From contig CBDCCI010000002.1 of assembly GCA_965214705.1 (NCBI GenBank), forward strand, positions 2,528,001 to 2,592,000: 64,000 bases of DNA, in the 5' to 3' direction. Made by a program: the position numbers and the translations under genes. This DNA comes from Alphaproteobacteria bacterium. Lineage in GTDB: Bacteria; Pseudomonadota; Alphaproteobacteria; UBA828. Within the stretch, counting starts at the first letter, position 1. The number at the start of each line of letters is the position of its first letter. This document shows, piece after piece, positions 20,043 to 28,903 of the stretch. The notes under the pieces are model-generated. The model was not told where the DNA came from. It saw nothing but the letters and a program-made list of their open reading frames with translations, and made no database searches.

Positions 20043-21544
20043 GAGCCACTTGCAGAATTCCGCATTTGAGCGGGATTTTGCCGCCGTGGCGGTCAGATTG
20101 TCCTGGAAATCGGGACCGCTCTCTGTTCCTGTCGGGTTTCGGACAACGTCGACGGAGAGGGCGGCCCCATGTCGCTGGGAAAGACACTATCCGGATTCTG
20201 GCATCGCATTCAAGCGGATCTTTTCCCGTGGCTTGAGGAGGAGCTCGGGCCGCTCGGCGAGAGGTACCGGCGCTTCGTCACCGTGCTTGAGCTTGCGCGG
20301 GTCGAGAGCTTCCTTCCCCATTTCCATGGCCTGCCCGGTCGGCCGGTCGAGGATCGGGCGGCCTTGGCCCGCGCCTTCATCGCCAAGGCGGTGTTCGACG
20401 TTCCGACGACGCGCGCCCTGATCGAGCGCCTTGAGGCCGACAAGACGTTGCGGCATCTGTGCGGCTGGACCTGGCGCGGGGAGATCCCGAGCGAGGCGAC
20501 CTTCTCGCGGGCCTTCGCGGAGTTCTCCGAGGGGGCGTTGCCCGAACGGGTGCATGAGGCGCTGATCAAGCAGACCCTCGGAGACCATCTGGTCGGGCAC
20601 GTCTCGCGCGACTCGACGGCGATCGAGGCGCGCGAGAAGCCTCAGCCCAGGCCCAAGGCGGAGAAGCCGAAGCGCAAGCGCGGCCGCCCGCGCAAGGGCG
20701 AGGAGCGGCCCAAGGAGGAGCGCCGCGTGAAACGCCAGCTCACGATGAGCTTGCCCCAGATGCTCGACGACCTGCCGAAAGCCTGCGACGTCGGCACCAA
20801 GCGGAACGCCAAGGGCCATACCACATCGTGGATCGGTTACAAGCTGCACATCGACGCCGCCGATGGCGGCATCCCGATCAGTTGCATCCTGACGTCCGCC
20901 TCGCTGCACGACAGCCAGGCCGCGATCCCGCTGGCGAGTATGACCGCCGACCGCGTCACCAATCTGTACGACCTCATGGACTCAGCCTATGACGCGCCCG
21001 AGATCGGCTGGCACAGCTACCTGCTGGGCCACGTCCCGATCATCGACATCAACCCTCGCGATAAGGAGTACAAGGAGGAGCTGGCGCGCGAGGCCAGGGC
21101 GCAGAGAGGCGTCGGTCACCGCCACCCGGCGGACGAGCGCTACAACGAGCGCTCGAACATCGAGCGCATCAACGGTGGGCTGAAGGACAACTGCGGGGGC
21201 CGCCATGTCCGCGTGCGCGGCCATGCCAAGGTTCATTGCCACCTGATGTTCGGCATCCTGGTGCTGACGGTCGACCAGCTGATGCGCCTCCTGGCCTGAG
21301 CGGCGCCTCCGTCCCTGTCACGCCGGCACGCCTCCCTCGGCGGAGGCGCAAAAAGCCACGTCCGCATCGCGACGGCGGGTCCAAAATGCGCCCGCATGGG
21401 CATCGGTTTGCGGCGAATCGGCGACCCGGCGGCAGCCAGCGACGTCCGCTCGTCCCGATGTTCATGTTACGTTCCGGCCGTCAATGTCTTCACGACGGGC
21501 TCTCGGGAAAAGCAGACCGCGCCTGGGAGTTTTGCAAGTGGCTC
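20043..21544 (+). mobile_element. insertion sequence, IS5/IS1182-like DDE element (1502 bp)
   Basis: IRL GAGCCACTTGCAGAATTCC, IRR (reverse complement) GAGCCACTTGCAAAACTCC; 4-bp DR GCAT at 20039-20042 and 21545-21548. Confidence 0.92.
20169..21299 (+). CDS. DDE transposase
   Basis: PSEATFSRAF, SRDSTAI (D), GYKLH, DSAYD (D), RSNIERIN (E). Confidence 0.93.
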   Translation: MSLGKTLSGFWHRIQADLFPWLEEELGPLGERYRRFVTVLELARVESFLPHFHGLPGRPVEDRAALARAFIAKAVFDVPTTRALIERLEADKTLRHLCGWTWRGEIPSEATFSRAFAEFSEGALPERVHEALIKQTLGDHLVGHVSRDSTAIEAREKPQPRPKAEKPKRKRGRPRKGEERPKEERRVKRQLTMSLPQMLDDLPKACDVGTKRNAKGHTTSWIGYKLHIDAADGGIPISCILTSASLHDSQAAIPLASMTADRVTNLYDLMDSAYDAPEIGWHSYLLGHVPIIDINPRDKEYKEELAREARAQRGVGHRHPADERYNERSNIERINGGLKDNCGGRHVRVRGHAKVHCHLMFGILVLTVDQLMRLLA

Positions 21545-21875
21545 GCATGTCGGTGTATAGAAGAGGGTTTGCCGCAAGCTGGCGGAGGTACTCGAATCTC
21601 CCAAGAGCTATCTGACTCCACAATCCTTCGCAATGCAGAAACCCGGATTGATTCGCATTACAGACGGCAAGGAGGGTGGAGTCGAAAATACAATCCACGT
21701 ATGGGACTGTAAATTGAACGTATCGTCAGCGTCGGATAATCGCTCCCATCCTTGGGATTTCAAGTCTTCAGTACTGTGGAATGCTATCCATGACAGTGTG
21801 TTCACCACCGAAAAAGCTGCTACCGTCTACTGCGATAAAGATATCTGGAATGAACACATGATCGGGGAATGGGGT

Positions 21876-22100
21876 TCAGAGGCTGCGCCAGGCTTCCTCG
21901 TCCTCGAACGAAAGCCATTCGCCCATCAGCCCCCCGAGGCCATGCAGGAATTCATCTCGTCCCGGAACTACCTTGTGGACTACCAGGCGGTCGCCATCGA
22001 ATTCGAAGGCGATCACATCGCCCTCGCGCAGGCCTGCCGCGTCCCGAATGCTCTTTGGGATCGTCGTCCGACCGTGTGCTCCAATCTTGGCAAGTTCCAT
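21876..22100 (-). CDS. AbrB/MazE/SpoVT family antitoxin-like DNA-binding protein
   Basis: AKIGAHGRTTIPKSIRDAAGLREGDVIAF, acidic C-terminus EWLSFEDEEAW. Confidence 0.85.
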   Translation of the reverse strand: MELAKIGAHGRTTIPKSIRDAAGLREGDVIAFEFDGDRLVVHKVVPGRDEFLHGLGGLMGEWLSFEDEEAWRSL

Positions 22101-22252
22101 CTGTCCTATTCCCCGCTACTCGAAGCGTATGGTGATCTAATGTAGCGGATAACACCGCGGCTGAGCCCCGGCTGGCGGTTGCGCCCGCATTCGGCGAAAA
22201 TGCCGGCGCTTGTGAGACGCGGGCCTCGTGCCCACATGGGGGACAGCCGGGT

Positions 22253-23521
22253 ATGGACATCATTCTGAAGAACGCTCTCGTCGCGCACGAGGATCAGCCC
22301 GTGCGCGCAGCCGATATCGCCATCGAGGGCGAGCGCATCGCGGCGGTCGAGCCGGGGATCACGGCGGAGGCCGGCGAGACGATCGACTGCGGCGGCCGCC
22401 TCGTCTCGGGTCCGCTGATCGACCCGCACGTCCATCTCGACGCCGTGCTCACCGCCAACTTGGAGCCCAACATCACCGGCACGCTGCACGAGGGCATCGC
22501 TAATTGGGCTAAGCAAAAGAAGATTCGCGACCTAGAATCGGTCAAGGCGCGGGCCAGGCAGGCGATTGACTGGGAGGTCGCGCAGGGCGCTGGCTTCATC
22601 CGCACCCACGCCGACACCTCGGACGATAGCCAACTCTCCATGCAGGCTTTGCTGGAGGTCAAGGACGAGGTGAGTGACCGGGTCGACCTGCAGATCGTGG
22701 CCTTCCCGCAGGACGGCATCCATTCCCACCCCGGCGGCCCCGAGCTCTTCATTCGCGCGCTTGACATGGGGCCCGACGTGATCGGCGGCATCCCCCACAA
22801 CGAGGCGACGCGAGAGGCAGGCGTCGCCAGCCTCAAGCTGATCTTCGACGAGGCGGAGAAGCGAGGCCTGCTGATCGATGCCCACTGCGACGAGGTCGAC
22901 GACCCCAACTCGCGCTTCACCGAGGTGATGGCGCACGAGACCTATTACCGGGGCATGCAGGGCCGCGTGACGGCGAGTCACTGCGCAGCCATGCACTCCT
23001 ACGCCAACGCCTACGCCTTCCGCCTGTTCGGCTGGCTGGAGAAAGGCGGGCTCAACGTCATCGCCAACCCGTTCGACAACCTGATCCTGCTGGCGCGGGA
23101 GGACAGCTACCCCAAGCGCCGCGCAATGACCCGGGTGAAGGAGCTGTGGCAGGCCGGGATTACCGTCGGCATCGGCCACGATTCGATCATGGACCCGTGG
23201 TATCCGCTTGGCCGGGGCGACATGGTGCAGGCGGCCTCGGTGGCGCTCCACGTCTGCCAGATGTCCGGCACGGCGGAGATCGACGCCTGCTTCGACATGG
23301 TGACCTGGAAGAACGCCGAGATCCTCGCGCTGGAAGATTACGGCGTGGCCCCCGGCTGCCAGGCGGACCTCGCGGTGTTCGATGCCGCCAGCAAGGCGGA
23401 CGTGCTTCGCATCAACCCGGCGTGCACCCACGTCTTCAAGCGCGGCAAGCTGGTCGCCGCGACCACGCCGGCTGCCCGCACGGTGATGGGCCAGCCGGTC
23501 GACCTCACGCTCGGCAACTGA
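22253..23521 (+). CDS. codA: cytosine/creatinine deaminase
   Basis: HVHLD, AFPQDG, HCDE, SH, GHD motifs of the bacterial CodA family. Confidence 0.9.
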   Translation: MDIILKNALVAHEDQPVRAADIAIEGERIAAVEPGITAEAGETIDCGGRLVSGPLIDPHVHLDAVLTANLEPNITGTLHEGIANWAKQKKIRDLESVKARARQAIDWEVAQGAGFIRTHADTSDDSQLSMQALLEVKDEVSDRVDLQIVAFPQDGIHSHPGGPELFIRALDMGPDVIGGIPHNEATREAGVASLKLIFDEAEKRGLLIDAHCDEVDDPNSRFTEVMAHETYYRGMQGRVTASHCAAMHSYANAYAFRLFGWLEKGGLNVIANPFDNLILLAREDSYPKRRAMTRVKELWQAGITVGIGHDSIMDPWYPLGRGDMVQAASVALHVCQMSGTAEIDACFDMVTWKNAEILALEDYGVAPGCQADLAVFDAASKADVLRINPACTHVFKRGKLVAATTPAARTVMGQPVDLTLGN

Positions 23522-23551
23522 ACGCAGCGTTTCGGAGAATGGAGAGAAACG

Positions 23552-25333
23552 ATGGTGCAAACCTATAGCGCGCCGCTTCGCGACATGCGCTTCGTGCTGA
23601 ACGAGCTGCTCGACGTGGGCGAGATCGCGACGCTGCCCGGCTACGAGGACGCGACGCCCGACGTGATCGACGCCATGATCGAGGAGGGCGCCAAGCTCTG
23701 CGAGAACACGCTGCTGCCGCTCAACCGCCCGGCGGACGAGGAAGGCTGCCACTACGAGAACGGCGTGGTGCGCACACCCGTCGGCTACAAGGAGGCCTAC
23801 AAGACCTTCGTCGATGCCGGCTGGACCGGCGTCACGCTGTCGCCGGACTACGGCGGCAAGGGGCTGCCGCAGCTCATCAGCATGGTCTTCGACGAGATGG
23901 TCTGCTCGACCAACCTTGCCTTCGGCGTCTACCCGCTGCTCACCAACGGGGCCGCGGCGGTAATCGAGCTGCACGCGGCGGAGGCGCTCAAGCAGGCCTA
24001 TCTGCCCCGCCTCGGCGACGGCACCTGGAGCGGCACCATGTGCCTGACCGAGCCCCACTGCGGCACGGACCTGGGGCTGATCCGCACCAAGGCCGTGCCG
24101 ACCGACGAGGGCCGCTACGCGATCTCCGGCACCAAGATTTTCATCTCTGCCGGCGAGCATGACCTGACCGAGAACATCGTCCATCTCGTGCTGGCGAAGC
24201 TGCCCGACGCCCCGCCCGGCGTGCGCGGCATCAGCCTCTTCCTGGTGCCGAAGCGGACGCTCAAGGAGGACGGAACGGCGGGGCCGGCCAACGGCGTCTC
24301 CTGCGGCTCCATCGAGGAGAAGATGGGCATCCACGGCTCGGCCACCTGCGTGATGCACTTCGACGAGGCAGAGGGCTACCTCATCGGCTCGCCGCACAAG
24401 GGCCTGCGCTGCATGTTCACGATGATGAACGGGGCGCGGCTCGGCGTCGGCCTCCAGGGTCTGGGGCTCGGCGAGACCGCCTACCAGAGCGCGACCGCCT
24501 ACGCGAAGGACCGCCGCCAGGGGCGCGGGCTCAAGGGCGCCGAGGAGCCGGAGGCGTCGGCCGATCCCATCATCGTCCACCCCGACGTGCGCCGCATGCT
24601 GCTCAACCAGCGCGCCATCAACGAGGGCGCCCGCGCGCTCGCCTACTGGACCGCGCTGCAGCTCGACGTCTCGCGCAGCCACGAGGACGCCTCGGTGCGC
24701 GAGGATGCCGACGAGCTGGTGCAGCTTATGACGCCGATCATCAAGGCCTTCTTCACGGACTACGGCTTCGAGGCGACCAACCTCGCGGTGCAGGTCCACG
24801 GCGGCCACGGCTACATCCGCGAGCACGGCATGGAGCAGCTCGTGCGCGATGCGCGGATCAGCCAAATCTACGAGGGCGCGAACGGCATCCAGGCGCTCGA
24901 CCTGGTGGGCCGCAAGCTGCCCCGCCGGGCCGGGCGTTACCTGCGGCACTTCTTCCACCCCGCCGTCGCCTTCATCGAGGAGAACAAGGACGACCCGGAG
25001 CTCGCGGACATCGTGGGCCCCGTGGGCAAGGCGCTCGGCAAGCTGCAGACCGCGACGCTGGTCATCGCCCAGCGCGGCCTGGGCGACCCGGAGGAAGCGG
25101 GTGCTGCGGCCTCGGACTATCTCAGGATGTTCGGGCTGGTGGCGGTGGGCTACATGTGGTGCCAGATGGCGAAGTGCGCGCGCGACAAGCAGAACGGCGA
25201 CGCCTTCTACGACACCAAGCTCAAGACCGCCCGGTTCTACGTGCAGAAGGTATTGCCGGACAGCGCCGGGCTCTTCCTCAAGATCATGGCCGGCAAAGGC
25301 ACCGTCATGGCCCACGGCGCCGAGGAGTTCTGA
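23552..25333 (+). CDS. acyl-CoA dehydrogenase (long, DmdC-like subfamily)
   Basis: MCLTEPHCGTD, GTKIFISAGEH, KMGIHGSAT, IYEGANGIQALDL. Confidence 0.92.
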   Translation: MVQTYSAPLRDMRFVLNELLDVGEIATLPGYEDATPDVIDAMIEEGAKLCENTLLPLNRPADEEGCHYENGVVRTPVGYKEAYKTFVDAGWTGVTLSPDYGGKGLPQLISMVFDEMVCSTNLAFGVYPLLTNGAAAVIELHAAEALKQAYLPRLGDGTWSGTMCLTEPHCGTDLGLIRTKAVPTDEGRYAISGTKIFISAGEHDLTENIVHLVLAKLPDAPPGVRGISLFLVPKRTLKEDGTAGPANGVSCGSIEEKMGIHGSATCVMHFDEAEGYLIGSPHKGLRCMFTMMNGARLGVGLQGLGLGETAYQSATAYAKDRRQGRGLKGAEEPEASADPIIVHPDVRRMLLNQRAINEGARALAYWTALQLDVSRSHEDASVREDADELVQLMTPIIKAFFTDYGFEATNLAVQVHGGHGYIREHGMEQLVRDARISQIYEGANGIQALDLVGRKLPRRAGRYLRHFFHPAVAFIEENKDDPELADIVGPVGKALGKLQTATLVIAQRGLGDPEEAGAAASDYLRMFGLVAVGYMWCQMAKCARDKQNGDAFYDTKLKTARFYVQKVLPDSAGLFLKIMAGKGTVMAHGAEEF

Positions 25334-25352
25334 GCGCGGGGGCGCGGGGGCC

Positions 25353-26195
25353 GTGACCGAGACCCTCTCCCTCAACCGGCTCGCGGGCCGGGTTGCCGAC
25401 GGCGCCATGCTGGCGCTGCCGCCGGACTATTCGTTCGTGCCGATGGCGGCGGTGCGGGCGCTGGTGCGGCGCGGCGTGCGCGACCTGCACTTGCTCACCG
25501 TGCCGCAGGCCGGCATCGCGGCGGACCTGTTGATCGGCGCGGGCTGCGTCGCCACGGTCGAGACCGCGGCGGTAAGCCTCGGCGAGCTCGGTAACGCGCC
25601 CCGCTTCGCGGCGGCGGTGGAAGGCGGCGCCGTGGCAATCCGCGACTCCACATGCCCCGCAATCCACGCCGCGCTCCAGGCAGCCGAGAAGGGCGTGCCC
25701 TTCATGCCGTTGCGCGGCCTCATCGGCTCCGACCTGCTGCGCGTGCGCCCCGACTGGCAGGTGATTGACAATCCGTTAGCTGAGGGCGACCCCATCGTCG
25801 TGCTGCCGGCGCTCCGGCCCGATGTCGCGCTCTTCCACGCGCCCTATGCCGACGAGCACGGCAACGTCTGGCTCGGTGCGCGGCGCGAGCTCGTGACCAT
25901 GGCGCATGCCGCCAGGGAAACCCTGGTCACAGTGGAGGAGGTGCGGCCCGGCGATCTGCTGGCCGACGAGGCGCTGGCGGCGGGCACGTTGCCTGCGCTC
26001 TACGTCACGGCGCTCGCCGAAGCCCCGCAAGGCGCCTGGCCCCTCGGCCTCGCCGGCCGCTACGAGCCGGACCGCGAGCACCTGGCCGAGTACGCCCGGC
26101 TCGCGAAGAGCGAAGAGGGTTTCGAGGAATATTGCGGGGAGAATCTGATCGCCAATGAAGCGAACGTCATGAAGGGCCTCCGCGCCGCCGAATGA
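25353..26195 (+). CDS. CoA-transferase subunit A (glutaconate CoA-transferase-like)
   Basis: GTG start; KGVPFMPLRGLIGSD, PDVALFHA; ATGA overlap with subunit B. Confidence 0.85.
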   Translation: MTETLSLNRLAGRVADGAMLALPPDYSFVPMAAVRALVRRGVRDLHLLTVPQAGIAADLLIGAGCVATVETAAVSLGELGNAPRFAAAVEGGAVAIRDSTCPAIHAALQAAEKGVPFMPLRGLIGSDLLRVRPDWQVIDNPLAEGDPIVVLPALRPDVALFHAPYADEHGNVWLGARRELVTMAHAARETLVTVEEVRPGDLLADEALAAGTLPALYVTALAEAPQGAWPLGLAGRYEPDREHLAEYARLAKSEEGFEEYCGENLIANEANVMKGLRAAE

Positions 26196-26929
26196 GCCCG
26201 GACAAGACCGCGCTCCTCATCGACGTCATCGCCGGGATGCTCGACGGACTCGGCCGCGTCGCGGTCGGGGCCTCGTCGCCGATTCCCGCTGCGGCCGCGT
26301 GGCTCGCGCGCGAGCGGGGCGGCGGTCGGCCGGAGGTGAGCGTGCTCGGCAGCGGGGCGCAGAGCGACATGACCGACGGCGGACGCGAGCTCTTCGACCG
26401 CGCCGGCCAGGGCCGCATCGACGCCTTCTTCCTGGGCGGGGTGCAGATCGACGGCAGCGCCAACATCAACTTGATCGGCACCGGCCCGCACCCAGCGGCA
26501 GACAGGCGCTTCCCCGGCTCCTACGGCTCCGCCTACCTCTACTTCGTGGTGCCGCGCGTGATCCTCTTCCGCGTCGAGCACACGCCGCGGACGCTGGTGG
26601 AGAGCGTGGATTTCATCAGCGCGCCGGGCACGAGCCCGCCCGAGGTCTACCGGCCCGGCGGGCCCTACGCGCTGGTCACGGGGCGCTGCGTCTTCCGCTT
26701 CGATGCGGCGCGCGGGCGCTTTCGCCTCGCCTCGCTGCACCCCGGCCATAGCCTCGACGAGGTGCGCGCCGCCACCGGCTTCACCTTCGACGCCGCCGAC
26801 AACCCACCCGTCACCCCTGCCCCGAGCGCGGAGACCATGGCGCTGATCCGCGGCCCCGTCGGCGCGAACCTCGCGGAAGTCTACCCCCGCTTCGCCGCCA
26901 GATTTCTGGGCAACGAGCGGGCGGCGTAG
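26192..26929 (+). CDS. CoA-transferase subunit B
   Basis: FLGGVQIDGSANIN, FPGSYGS, LHPG...VRAATGF. Confidence 0.87.
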   Translation: MSPDKTALLIDVIAGMLDGLGRVAVGASSPIPAAAAWLARERGGGRPEVSVLGSGAQSDMTDGGRELFDRAGQGRIDAFFLGGVQIDGSANINLIGTGPHPAADRRFPGSYGSAYLYFVVPRVILFRVEHTPRTLVESVDFISAPGTSPPEVYRPGGPYALVTGRCVFRFDAARGRFRLASLHPGHSLDEVRAATGFTFDAADNPPVTPAPSAETMALIRGPVGANLAEVYPRFAARFLGNERAA

Positions 26930-26991
26930 ACACCCCCTCCTCACCCCGGCCCAGGTTGCTGTGCGGCTCTCGCGGCGGCCCGACTCCGACT

Positions 26992-28890
26992 TCACGCCTC
27001 GTCGCGAGCCCGCTCCCGAGCCGCCAACGCCCACGGGGCGAACTCGGGCGGGTGCGGCGCCGGAAGCCCTGTCTCCTCCTCGCAGCGGGCCACGATCTCG
27101 TCGATGTCGCCGCCCATGTCGAAAAGGTCGGGGTTGCCCCGCTCCGGCCGCATGCTCTCGCGCAGCGCCCGCGTGGCCTCCTCGTCGACGGCAGACTCTT
27201 CGCCCACGACCACGCCGTAGCGCCGCGCGCCTGCGACCGTGACGAGCCCGGCCTCGACGTCGAACGCCACCTGCTCGACCGGCCGCTCCAGCGGGTCGCC
27301 CCAGCCGCCGCCGCCCCACGTGCAATAGTGCACGACGTCCCCCGGCTCGACCCGAACGCGGTCGCACTTCGAGGGAAGAACCTCGATCGTGCCGTCCGAG
27401 CGCTCGACGTACTTCCGGCTACGCGAGCCGGGCAGCCCGCCCCTCACGCCCCACGGATAGGAGAGCCAGCGGTCGTCGTGAATCGAGATGTCCCCGGCGT
27501 TGAGGATGCGATAGGCGGTGTGCACGCCGTTGCCGCCGCGGTGCAGCCCGGCCCCCCCGGAATCGGGGATCACCTCGTGGGCGTCCATGCGTAGCGGGCA
27601 GATCGCTTCGAGGTATTCGCACGGGACATTGGTGAAATCGGGCCACATGCCGTGGCCATCGGCACCGTCGCCCGAGGGCGCGGCGGCGATGCCGCCAAAC
27701 GCGATGTGGAAGAGCTGAAACCACTCGCCGCGGGAATCGTATCCCGAGTAGAGGAAATGCGGGCTGGCCGAGAATCCAGCCGCGCACATGTAGTCGGGAT
27801 TGCTCTGCCCGAACAGCCCGGCGAGCACGTCCATGCAGCGCGCGAGGCCGTGGGTGCGGCAGGAGAGCGCCGCAGGCTTGATGGGCTTGTACAGCGTGCC
27901 CTCGGGGATGCGCACGTCCATCAGATCGTAGAAACCGTCGTTGAAAAGAATCTGCGGGTCCGCAAGCATGATGAGGAAAACGCCGCAGTGCATCTTGGTC
28001 ATTTCTTCGTTGCAATAGAAATTGATCGAGCTTTGCGACTGCGGATCGGTTCCCTCGAAATCGAGGATCATCTTGTCGCCTTCGCGCCACATTGAGCAGG
28101 CAATCTTGTAGGGGCCCATGCCGACGCCGTCGTCGTCCAAATAGTCTTCGAAGTACTGCTTTTCCTCGGAGATTCCCGTCAGGATGATGTGACGCATTGC
28201 GCGGCGCGTACGCTCCAGCAACTCTTCCAAGGCGGAATAATAGGTGTCGTCACCGAAGCGGTCGGACAGTTCGACGACGCGTATTGCTGCGAGACGGCAG
28301 CCTGCAATCAATGCGTCCAGATCGCTCCGGTTCCAGTGCGGCATACGGCAGTTATGCAGGATGAGTTGCAGGATTTCGTCCTGGCGTTCACCGCGCCGAT
28401 AAATCTTGGTCGGCGGAATTATGATTCCCTCTTCGAAGATCTGCTGAGCGTCCGTTGGCATGCTGCCGGGGACGCGGCCTCCCGTATCGGTCATGTGGCC
28501 GAACATCGCGGCCCAGCCGATGACCCGGCCGTTCTTGAAAATCGGCAGCAGCACCAGCCAATCGGGCGTATGGCTGATGGCGCCGTCGCAGGAATAGGGG
28601 TCGTTGGTGAGAAAGACATCGCCCTCGTGAATCTCGCCCTCGTAGGAGTTGAGAAACACGTTGATGAAGGCGCCAAACTGCCCGACCACCATCTTGCCAT
28701 CGCGGTTTGCGATCAGGGGGAACTCGTCGTGCTGCTCGCGGATGCCGGGCGACATGGCGGTGCGGAAGAGAACGGCATCCATTTCGTAGCGCGCGTTGCG
28801 CAGCGCGTTCTCGATGATGTCGAGATCGACCGGGTCGACCTCGACCCGGCTGAACGGGGTGTGATTGCTCTCGATCACGGTCGCCGGCAT
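26992..28890 (-). CDS. hyuB: hydantoinase B / 5-oxoprolinase-type subunit (N-methylhydantoinase B)
   Basis: SPGIREQHD, NDPY..GAISH.PD, GHMTDTGG, GGGGWGDP. Confidence 0.92.
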   Translation of the reverse strand: MPATVIESNHTPFSRVEVDPVDLDIIENALRNARYEMDAVLFRTAMSPGIREQHDEFPLIANRDGKMVVGQFGAFINVFLNSYEGEIHEGDVFLTNDPYSCDGAISHTPDWLVLLPIFKNGRVIGWAAMFGHMTDTGGRVPGSMPTDAQQIFEEGIIIPPTKIYRRGERQDEILQLILHNCRMPHWNRSDLDALIAGCRLAAIRVVELSDRFGDDTYYSALEELLERTRRAMRHIILTGISEEKQYFEDYLDDDGVGMGPYKIACSMWREGDKMILDFEGTDPQSQSSINFYCNEEMTKMHCGVFLIMLADPQILFNDGFYDLMDVRIPEGTLYKPIKPAALSCRTHGLARCMDVLAGLFGQSNPDYMCAAGFSASPHFLYSGYDSRGEWFQLFHIAFGGIAAAPSGDGADGHGMWPDFTNVPCEYLEAICPLRMDAHEVIPDSGGAGLHRGGNGVHTAYRILNAGDISIHDDRWLSYPWGVRGGLPGSRSRKYVERSDGTIEVLPSKCDRVRVEPGDVVHYCTWGGGGWGDPLERPVEQVAFDVEAGLVTVAGARRYGVVVGEESAVDEEATRALRESMRPERGNPDLFDMGGDIDEIVARCEEETGLPAPHPPEFAPWALAARERARDEA

Positions 28891-28903
28891 GGTCGTCCCT
28901 CGC

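Noticed and set aside
21549-21570. Pyrrolysine read-through of the in-frame TAG after bmt
   Set aside because: No pyl genes or MttB similarity seen; decay after IS insertion is simpler
24849-25352. N-terminal extension of CoA-transferase subunit A
   Set aside because: Overlaps the acyl-CoA dehydrogenase in another frame; GTG at 25353 fits better
22532-25408. 958-aa minus-strand ORF
   Set aside because: Shadow of codA and the acyl-CoA dehydrogenase
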